From Octopus sinensis (Eukaryota): a stretch of DNA of 64,000 nt. The notes under the pieces are model-generated. The model saw only the letters and a program-made list of their open reading frames with translations, did not search any database and was not told the origin of the DNA. The stretch lies in the NCBI RefSeq assembly GCF_006345805.1, contig NC_042997.1, positions 123,380,001-123,444,000 of the forward strand, in the 5' to 3' direction. The translations under genes and the position numbers were made by a program. Position 1 is the stretch's first letter; every line of letters starts with the position of its first letter. Positions 54,050 to 64,000 of this stretch are shown piece by piece.

Positions 54050-57000
54050 GCATACATTACATTATGAAAATATAAAAAGTACAATGAATATAATAACAAC
54101 GCTTAAAGCTTCCATCTATTAAATATAGATAAATCTTAGCATTATTTGAAACCACCAATGTCTTCTAACAGCATCGCTTTATGCAAAACTAGTTAAAAAA
54201 TACTGTAGTAATAAGAACATAACGGAAATATAAGCATATCAGGTTATTTATAGGGTAAAAGTAGGCAGACTATCTGTGATTCAGAACAGAGCGGAGCAGA
54301 TAAACATCAGAGGCAAAACATAATAATAACGCTTGAATCTTCCATGATAATTATGAAAGACTTTGCCATCAAAATGAAAGCCACTAGCAACTGGACGATC
54401 CAGTAATTTAATAACGTCGTCAATGCATGTTTATATATCCAAAACGTGTATCTCAATCTATAGCAACTGCATTCTGCAAACTACTAAAGAACAGAGATTG
54501 AACAACTGACCCGTTACTAGTGGAGAAAATAACAGTGATTCACCAAAACACAGACAGTAAATAAAACAGTTATAATCCGTGTGCAAATATTATGGAAATA
54601 TCTAGCATTCATTCACTAGAACATCGTAGCTGCATATTTGTGAAATAATAACACCTTGCCAGCGGTGTAGAATGTATATCCGAAAGGCATGTATAGATGT
54701 AAAGAATTGCTATTGGTAAGCCGAGCCTTTATAGAAAGATCCAAAAGAGAAACTAATGTCTAAGAATGACATGCATTATTATGATATCTGTAGAAAGCAA
54801 AGTGCAGGTGGAGATCAGCATAGATATCTGAATATATTACGGAGATCTGTAATAAACAAATAATATATCAGAAATATATTTGGTTGGGTTTTATGAATAT
54901 TTGATAGAATATTTATTCATTTATCATACTAGACCCATCTGTATTTTGCCATTAAAATCTTCATTTATCATTTGCACAACTTCTGTATAAGTTTTTATTT
55001 CCTTTATTTAGTATACGACATTGTGTTGTGACTTGTACTATGATGGTCAAAAACAATTTACTCGTTTAATGGATATTATAAAAATAACGTTGTAGAAGAA
55101 CCAATAAAATATAATAAGGAGGCAGAGAAAATAATTAAATACGTAAAGTGACAATATGACAACAAATTTAGTTGTGTTCCTCGCCGTAGAAATAATATAT
55201 TCTTACCACATAGATTACGCTACAACACAGAATAAAGCAAATAACAGAATAATATACCAGATACAATTTATAGGACGCAAGAGCTAACAAGAGTACATTA
55301 GAGAATATATTAGCAATTACAAAAAACAATAATGAAATAGCAGCTGAACATCACTTACCACTAAATATACTTCGAAGTGAATCATACAGGTGACTTGGTT
55401 TGCCGAGTGAAATTCTGTTAGAAACAGTGTGTTTCTCAGAGAAGGACACCAAATTCAATACAAATAGAAAAAAAAAATTAAAGAATATCCAAACAACACA
55501 AAAATAAAAGAACACATATATCACAACATTTAAAAAACGATCAGCCGTATATCTCTTGTCAGTGATATGGTCAAAAACAGGCGTCTCATATAATGATGGA
55601 ACAAGAGAAAAATATTGAGGGATCGAACGCAAACCTTATCGTACATGAAAACTTACAGAAATGCTTCTACCAAAATATACTATGTAGGTAGATTTTGAAT
55701 AGCGGGTATAACTGAATTATAGAATCTATTGTCTTTAAACGCATGGTAACTAATTGATCCCCAATACCAAGGGAAAACACGGTGTAAAAGTATAGATTAA
55801 CAACAGAAGAAATTCGAGCGCACCAAGTCAAAGACCCCAGCAGGACAAGAACGCATAAGTGATAAAGATATGGAAGTTAAAGACAAATGTTATTACCAGC
55901 ATGCCGGTCAGACCACAAAAATATTTAGTAATCGATAAAGTACTTAACCGGAACACACGAAACAGTATCAACAACCTTCAATCGAATTATTAAGTAATGA
56001 GTATGAACACGTAGTGTTTACGAAAGAAGGAAACGATATTTATCCCGTAACAAAATCCTCGGCGGCTCAAAAAGAATACAATCGATAACCGTTTAGCAAC
56101 AATATAAGGAACCCTGATATCTATTCACTCCAACAGACATGCTGCTCATTTAAAGAATAATGCTATTTTGTCAGGCAACAAAAATATAGCATAAGGATGT
56201 TAGTAACTGTATTGAATAGCGATCGGTAATCTGTGAACTCATTATAGTTAAACAAAGGTCGAATAGAAACCGAATAACAGTATAGATTTATTACTGCTAA
56301 TACTTCGATAACCAACGACAGTTTTGGATATTTGAGATAGTGCACATGAAACAAAGCAATCCTAATATTAATAGAGTATATGAGCCATGCTATATAGCAG
56401 TAGAAAGGATCAATTCTAAAACCACGAGCAATTAGCAGATAAAGAGAATATTTAAATAAACAGTCCTATCATAGAAGAAAAGGAAGTTTTTAGTTTAACA
56501 CTATATCTTTGAAACTTCTCTCAATAATCTTGATTCAGCTCACTAACTTACAGAATTAAATCCTATAGAGTGTATGTAAGTTATCTTCATTCCAGAGATA
56601 ATTTCAAAATAAATATATAGAAGATACAATAGTTCGTGGAGAACATAGTGGAATCGGGATTCAGCAATGATAATAAAATGAATAATTTATTAGAGACATG
56701 TTCCAAAACTACTTGTTTAAAGCAAAAATGATTCATGGAAGATATAATAAAACGTAATAGTATTTCCCGACTCAAAACATAGCACCAGATCATGGACATC
56801 GAAATATATATTTAGTGGTGAATAAGGTACGTTAGAAAGTAAAATTTGAATTCGGAAATATCACAGATTAATTTCTAAAACGGGCCACAGTACATGCATA
56901 AGATGATAAGAATAAATATAGCAGGTATAACAGTCATAAAGTACCGATCTACTATAATAAATTGCAAGTTAAGTGAACTGAAGTTGTTAGATGAGAAATA

Positions 57001-57560
57001 CCAGGGAAAAAATAAAAGAAATGCTAAGTTCATTTTCATAGCATCATTCCAAAGCTAATATCAATGTAATATACTTACCGAATCACTCAAGAAGAAAGGC
57101 GACATGATAGAAATAGTGAGCTATTATAAAGTAATCACATTGTATCTAAAGGGTACTTACAAGAGAGTAATGGTAAAATTACGTAGCATAATAAAGAAAC
57201 AGAGAAACAGCTGGAATATTCCCTTCCACATATATAGAAACAATTAAGAGTTAAGTTTGCAGATAAAAATAAAATATATATGGATTAGAATAAATAAGTA
57301 AAAGCAAAGCAAAACCAAACACAAAAAGATCTCCAAAAGGAATAAGAGAACAGATAAAGGGATAAAGGTAATAACTTCCGTTGTTATCCTTCACATCTGG
57401 ACAGAATAAATGTGAGAAAATATATAAACCTAAAACAACGCCAAGAGGCAATAATACGCGAATTCGTAATAACGCACACATTAACTGGTATATATTCGAG
57501 ACCAACATATGTGAATATGGCAAATGTACATAACATTGACAGTTTCGTCTGCCGTTGTTA
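54050..57560 (+). mobile_element. Very old APE-type LINE ORF2 relic
   Basis: Faint motifs in the correct order: LALFET and QNVY (APE), KSKTPAGQERI (pre-RT), GIQQ (~56660), EKYQG (~56995). No open frame; clade not assignable. Confidence 0.4.
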
Positions 57561-57658
57561 ATTTTGATGCGAAAATCAAAATAAATCATGGAGATTTCAA
57601 ACTCCAAGAGAGAAACGGCAACGTGCTCTTAATGATTATATATCATCAGAATACTTAC

Positions 57659-57721
57659 CTTTTAAATCACGGAAAACACGTTCTGCTTTAGGAAGATACA
57701 CTACCGATAATAATCGTTGGC
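57659..57721 (-). CDS. Candidate exon (xQRLLSVVYLPKAERVFRDLK)
   Basis: AAG|GTAAGT donor; 63-nt phase 1-1 exon from an AAG acceptor, or 24 nt from a CAG acceptor at 57683-57684. Confidence 0.3.
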
Positions 57722-57864
57722 CTTGGGAACAGGCATGCGAAATCAATTAAATACCAAATTATAACGTAACTTAACATAGTGGAGGTCAGTCAACGTAATT
57801 GAACCAATGACCTAAAATACTATTCTTGATCCTCTAAATACAACTCGTCGTTTATTGTCATAGT

Positions 57865-58078
57865 ACCTATTTCATTATTACCCACAAGGGGCTAAACATA
57901 GAGGGGACAAACAAGGACAGACAAAGAGATTAAGTCAATTGCATCGACCCCAGTGCGTAACTGGTACTTAATTTATCGACCTCGAAAGGATGAAATTTGA
58001 ACTCAGAACGTAGCGACAGACGAAATACTGCTAAACATTTCGCCCGGCGTGCTAACGTTTCTGCCAGCTCGCTGCCTT
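57865..58078 (-). mobile_element. SINE (first family), monomer
   Basis: Reverse complement of the 4387-4615 unit, with a small internal deletion. Confidence 0.88.
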
Positions 58079-58385
58079 TTATTGTCATAATCCATCACCT
58101 CCATTTGAAGTTTTAAAAATATCTAGTGTAAAGCAACAATAGTTGATCTCTTGTATGGCACGTAAGATTTGATATAAAAAGTTTAGCACTTATTCACTAC
58201 TACACACTAGAGTCCCAAATACGTCTAGAAAAATATTTTTACCGGCAATATTTTTGTAACTGTTTCTTTCTCAAACGATTGATTTTTTGTTATTTTACTT
58301 AGACTTGATTTGATTATATTATATTATTTTATTTCAAAGACACGTAACAGAATTTACAATGTCATTAAAATCGGTGTCACCTTAC

Positions 58386-58432
58386 CAACTGATAGAAATA
58401 TGATATAGCTGGCAATTTCCACCAAAGAGAAA
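58386..58432 (-). CDS. Candidate exon (xFSLVEIASYIIFLSV), hydrophobic
   Basis: TACTAAT branch point, GTGCTTTTTCTGTTAG acceptor, TTG|GTAAGG donor. Confidence 0.35.
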
Positions 58433-58544
58433 CTAACAGAAAAAGCACATTAGTATACGATAAAATATTTTACAATACAAGAGCAATCAATTGTGTACAA
58501 TTCTAGAAGGTTTTCTGAAATATGTGAACATAATTGAAATTTCA

Positions 58545-58592
<48 letters not shown>

Positions 58593-59047
58593 ATAATATA
58601 TATATATATATATGTACATATATATTAGACAGATAGAGAGATAGATAGATAAGTAGACACAAGTATTTAGATATAGAAATGCGTACACATACGTTCAGTC
58701 TGTATTGTCATTCAATAATCTTTAACACCGCCTTTACTGAATTTAGTGATTTCTAATTTGAACAAGAGAAATGACATTTCTATTAGTGCAGATATAACAT
58801 CGACAAAAGCGATTCGATTATCTATCTACTATTTATTATATCATCTACGTAGAAACAAAAGCTAATGTTGACCTTCTAGATTTCCAACCACAAATAAGAA
58901 CACAAAAGCGGACGCTATTATTCTCGCAGCTTCCTATAGATATACACCTGACATTATAACCGAACAAATCAACGCCCGCAGATCTACGTCTCCGTCTCTT
59001 CTAACTCTAAACACCGCGCGCGTCATGGATTGATTGTTCTATATATA

Positions 59048-59087
<40 letters not shown>

Positions 59088-59159
59088 GTAAATATAATAT
59101 GTGACAATTATTCGGTAACCATGACATCGAGGTCTCTTTCATTCTTTTGTTGTCTTACC

Positions 59160-59189
<30 letters not shown>

Positions 59190-59193
<4 letters not shown>

Positions 59194-60630
59194 TAGTCTT
59201 CGTAAATATGTAACATTCTTATTGCTGAGTCTATGGAAAACCTAATGCTATTTGCTAAGACTGAGAAATAAATTGAGAGTTTGACGACAACTGTACAGAT
59301 GATTAGCAAAGATAATGACATGGAATTTGGGATCGAGAAATGTGGTGTAATAAATTTCAAAACGAGGAAAATCGGTAAAAGCCAAGTGATCAAACTGGAA
59401 AGTCGTAAAACTATAAAGGAAATCAGAGATGCAGGATATATGTATCTGTTGCTTCGATGAGATGTGGGGCAAGAATAATATCTTGGAAGAAGCATGAATT
59501 ACAAGAGACAGACCGGAGAAAATGTAAATTAATGACAATGAACAAGAGACTACTTTTCAAGTGTGATGTGTCAGGATTGTATGTAAAGAGAAGGGAGGGA
59601 GGATGGGGATAAGTGTGTTGTAAGTGTCTTGCTTAAGGGAAGAGTAGAGCCTGGTTTTATATGTCAAGGAGAATAAAGAAGAAATTTATGAAGCAGTGAG
59701 GATGCAGGGAAACTTAAAGGTGAACGAAGCCGTAGATCCAATATCATTTAAGAAAGACCAGAGAGAGCAGACGAAGAAAATTTGGCAGGGCAAGAAAATG
59801 CACAGTCAGTTCTTGAAGAATAAATATGAGATTGATTGAAATAGAACCTGGTAATGGCTGCAGAAAGGAAACTCAAAAGGGTCCACTGAGGCATTAGTGT
59901 GCAGAACCCAAGAACAAGCTCAAAGACCAAACAACTTCAACTATTACATTGATAAAAGCTCTGACTCGCCGCAGAGTAAGATGAGCTCTGAGAAGGGAGA
60001 AATTATAATCCACATTGCTAGTTTTTGCTGTAAGCTCGCACGACGCCAATCACAAATGGAGACACGACAATGCGGCCACATATGTCCACTGCAAACCTCG
60101 AGAGAGCCGAACAATGGCATGAACACAAGTCAGATGGAGTAATTGAAAACCAAAATTACAAAATACTCTGGTATTTTAACATTTAGTGCAACAAAGTAAT
60201 AGAGGCGAGGGGACCAGATATCTTGCTCATCCATAAAAGTGAAAAAGAAGTAAAGATAACAGATGTTGCAATATCAGGCGATTCGAGGCTGAAACTTAAG
60301 GGCAGGGAAAAAACTGAGAAATACCAACTACTGCTAGACGAAATAGGAAAGTTATGGGGCACGAGGAAAGTAATGGTGATACCGGTGATGGCTGGAGCAT
60401 TAGGGACAATTCCCAAGGGCTTTGAAAAACATTTTAAGAATACTGGAGCTGCTATCAGGCTCGAGGTGAACCAGAAGACAGCATTGTTGGGTACAGCTCG
60501 CATGCTTGAGTCAGAGGAGAAGGCACTACTTGAAACATTTGGTGACTTGTTATTGTCTGCTTTCAAGTAATGAATAACCAGGAATTAAGAAATATCCGAC
60601 AGGCTTTAATAATAAAAATAATAACAATGT
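59190..60630 (+). mobile_element. 5'-truncated R4/Dong-clade element, decayed
   Basis: DMEFGIEKCGVI, LYVKRREG, EALVCRTQEQA, RGPDILLI..DVAISGD, EKTEKYQLL, VMAGALGTIPK, ALLGTARML; (TAA)-rich tail at 60607-60627; (AT)n at the 5' side. Confidence 0.9.
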
Positions 60631-60644
60631 ACTAGTCAGTGGCT

Positions 60645-61180
60645 CTCATGGATTCTGGTCTTAACTGAATGGAAGTGTTATCATGTACGTTACTTTGTCT
60701 TGGTGCAAAAGATGGGCTACAGCAAAGATTCTGTTCAATACCACAGATTTCCTTGTCAGTTGTTTCACCTTAAGCAGTTGAGCACGCACGTCCTTTGGTG
60801 GCAGGCAATAGGAGCATCTCTGATAACGACCAGAAGTAGTTTATAGGGGCATCATGTGTTGACGATAATTCTTTGGAGTTTGCATAATTCAACTCTGAAG
60901 ACATAGGTGTTTCATTGAGCATCCATAAACAACACTCATTCAAGGACCAATGGAGTGGGATGTGCTGCGCGACCGGAATAAAATTCTAACTGGGCCCCAC
61001 CTACAAGGTCATGTGCTGTTTATCTTGATATGAGTTAACCATGCTGCGCACATATGGTTGTGATGCATGTGCCTGCTGTAATTTTATCAGACGGGTAATC
61101 GTGATGGGTGTACTGGGCTTCGTATATTTTACCCCAACGTCACTTTGAATGCATGAACTGCTCTCTGGTTCAATAATAAC
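60645..61180 (+). mobile_element. SINE-like repeat (fourth family), near complete
   Basis: Matches 37335-37618 and 52060-52190 in reverse complement; ends in an AATAATAACAATAATAAT tail. Confidence 0.75.
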
Positions 61181-63059
61181 AATAATAATCTATATGTAAT
61201 TCTACGTTTATCATATATAAGTGTTTACGGATATATAGATGCATATATATATGTAAAATAGCCAGGAAGACACATACTTATAAATACATATATGCACACA
61301 CATATGCATATATACACATAAATACATACATATATACATACATATACACAAACATATATACAATTTAATTGTTAAACATGAATATTATACACGCCTTCTT
61401 TGTCTGGTCAACAGTACAATTTTAAGACACACTGTAGCCACTTCAAGTATTTTTTAATGGTAAATACTCTGCGCCTCTTTGTAAATACTTTGAGCGCAGT
61501 ATAAAATGTTATACCTTTATATTCAGAAATAGCTGCAGTTTGCTGCGTATACATTTACATTGCAAGGTTGAGTGAATTTTTATGAACACAGTCACTCTTT
61601 GATCTTTTAAAGTAGCAGCCCACGTACTAAAGTGTCTTGGGAATATTTATCTTACTGCTGGAGTCGTTTATGTCACCCTTTATACCAAAATAAAAGACGT
61701 TGTTCACACTTAAATACACTTTCATGTTGAATGCACGCATCAATGATTGCAATGCCATTCTGTTATGAGCAGTGAGAACGAACAATAAGATAGCCACAGA
61801 ATCCATTTTCACATTTTTAAAAGTCTCTTGTAATATTCTGTTGCATAATACTAGTTGTTTGTACAGTGAATCATCTTTACTGAATCTAACATTTTAACAC
61901 TACTAAACCAAATGTCAGGGTATGTATTCTAGTTTTGATAATAACATTACAATAGATGTGTTTATTATATTTGCTTATAATTATATAACGTATTAATGGA
62001 CGCTGTGTTTTATCAGATTTAATTGTTAGCAAGACCATGCAACATTTTACTAAACTGGTTTATCAATATATTAAACGTCAGTTGCAAAATCACGTGTGAA
62101 GTTTATTAGCAATAAAATTGTCATAAGCAATTTCTGTAAATATTCTCTTGATAATAGTTTCACACTTCGAGTGGTTTCAAGGAAGCTTGTTAATACTATA
62201 ATGGTTCATCCAGGATAACATGCAATACACACTGCGAGCGAAGAATATACATTTTCAAAGCAATTCTATGCATCGCAAAATCCCAAAAGTGATGCAAGAA
62301 GTTGACGATAGCTCCAGTTTCATCTTATTTCAATTTAAATATAAAGATATCATTTAAAAACAAAATTATTTGCAAGTTATTATATATTGCCATTTTTTTT
62401 AATGTTGTAATAGTAGCCTCACGGCTGCCTTATTAGGTATCCCTATAATATATGATTTTACAGTCATAACTGACAATCTGTTTCGGGCAATTTCAACTAA
62501 GAGAACATAACCGAGTATATACTTCTAGATTTAAGGTGAATATGTGTAATATTAGGTAGGTTAGGATTTATCATGCATTTTCATAGAGCCTCGATTTTGG
62601 CATGAATGCATGATAGCTTCATGGTGATGAGTGGATGAAATGTAAGTTAATTATAAATCACTTAAAATGCTGGCTTCTCTTCAAATAACTTTCAACAAAA
62701 CGTTTTCAAGATTGATTGATATTTGACAAAAGAAATTTTTAACAATCATCAGCAATCGATTTTCTTTTATCGCATATATAGAATAACTATTGTGTTCTGA
62801 CTTTACAAAATTTGACAGTTAAATTCCAGCACAGGGTTTGATTAGGAATAAAGAAGATTCTGGTTTACGTTAAATAAGTAAATATTTGAAAGAGCACCGT
62901 TAGAACATATATTGTCAGAGGGAAGTTCATCGTATTAATCAAATCTCACATTCAAATACAGAAAGAAATAGTAGTTACTTGTGTATAAAATAATAGGTTA
63001 GTGGGTGGGTTCAAGTAATAGGATAATAATAAAAAAACTCTCGAAATACATAACAATTA

Positions 63060-63790
63060 AAGTAACACTGACATCTCGTCTTAACAGATATATTTACCAA
63101 AATTACATAACAATATCCTGAAATAGTAAAGAGTAACATTGTTCAATAAAATCGCCATTGGGTTCAACCACGGCCTTCCGACGGCTTCGGAATCTCCTGC
63201 AACCCTTTTGGACGGTCTACTTAAGTTGGTGGATGCTGCCTTAATCCTTGCCTTCAGTTCATTTTTGGTGTTACAATGAGTTTTGTAGGTCTGTTGCTCA
63301 ACCGTGCACCACACATAATAATCAAAGGGTTGCACTCTGGAAAGTTGTGTGGCCAGATTTTAGGGTTGATGTCGCAGATATTACCTGACTGCCATGATTG
63401 GGTTCACCTGCTTCTGTGTCATTGTGCAGAGCCATGTTGCCAGACATAAGGTCTTCCAGCAGACACCCACTTGACTGAGGAAAACACCACCTTCCCAGGC
63501 ACTTGATGTAGTCCTCCGTGTTGCGTCAGAGACTGTGCGACAAGGTAAATGGAGGCATAAAGTCACCACCTCTAGTGATCACTCCATACAATATGATGTT
63601 TGCTGGATGTTTGACTTTTATCACTCTCGGTACATGGTTTGTGAAGACAGCAAGCCAACAGTCATGATGTATATTCACCATCGGTTCGTACTGGAGCTTC
63701 CAACGCGAATTCCAAGCAAGCAGAGCATGTTGTTTCCAAATGTCTAACGCCTGGGATTGCGTCATGGTGCTGCCTGTCTAAGAGACAGTG
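63060..63790 (-). pseudogene. Tc1/mariner (maT/DD37D-like) transposase fragment
   Basis: KVKHPANIILYGVITRGGDFMPPF (cf. KHPASVMV.G......MPP), WPHNFPECNPFDYYVW (WPPNSPDLNPLDY), NTKNELKARIKAA. Confidence 0.8.
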
Positions 63791-64000
63791 CCCAACTGGC
63801 CCAACTATAAGTTATAGTCGACAAAATCAAAAACAACAATGCGTATGTGAGAAATTAAAAATATAAAATAGCGACAATTTATTCCTCACACCCTTTATAT
63901 ATATATAATATATATATATATATATAATATATATATATATACACAGTCAATAAAAGCATGTACAAGCAAGAACAAACAGCAACGCTGGACGCTCAGGAAC

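Noticed and set aside
61627-61812. Minus-strand ORF with AFN..FYFGIK resembling a channel S2
   Set aside because: No donor in the phase needed to join 58432; the similarity is too short.

Overview
AT-rich (about one-third GC by eye), microsatellite-saturated animal genomic DNA. The SINE families and repeat style match my recollection of Octopus/coleoid cephalopod genomes (not verified). Most of the window is intronic/intergenic and built from decayed transposons: about six R4/Dong-clade RLE retrotransposon pieces, one CR1/L2-like LINE, a very old APE-type LINE, Tc1/mariner relics, a non-autonomous Helitron, three or four SINE families and many Penelope-like element (PLE) ends. No intact long host ORF is present, and most ORFs in the track are microsatellite artefacts. 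The strongest unexplained signal is a dense set of type I hammerhead ribozyme (HHR) motifs on PLE/retrozyme-like ends that sit against (AT)n tracts and often show inverted duplications. The best case is a perfect 146-bp palindrome (13404-13549) carrying two mirror-image hammerheads. There is also a roughly 1-kb fold-back element (25081-26056). A speculative, phase-compatible chain of small minus-strand exons, including a 17-nt micro-exon, reads like a voltage-sensor S3-S4 segment. All alignments and folds were done by eye.
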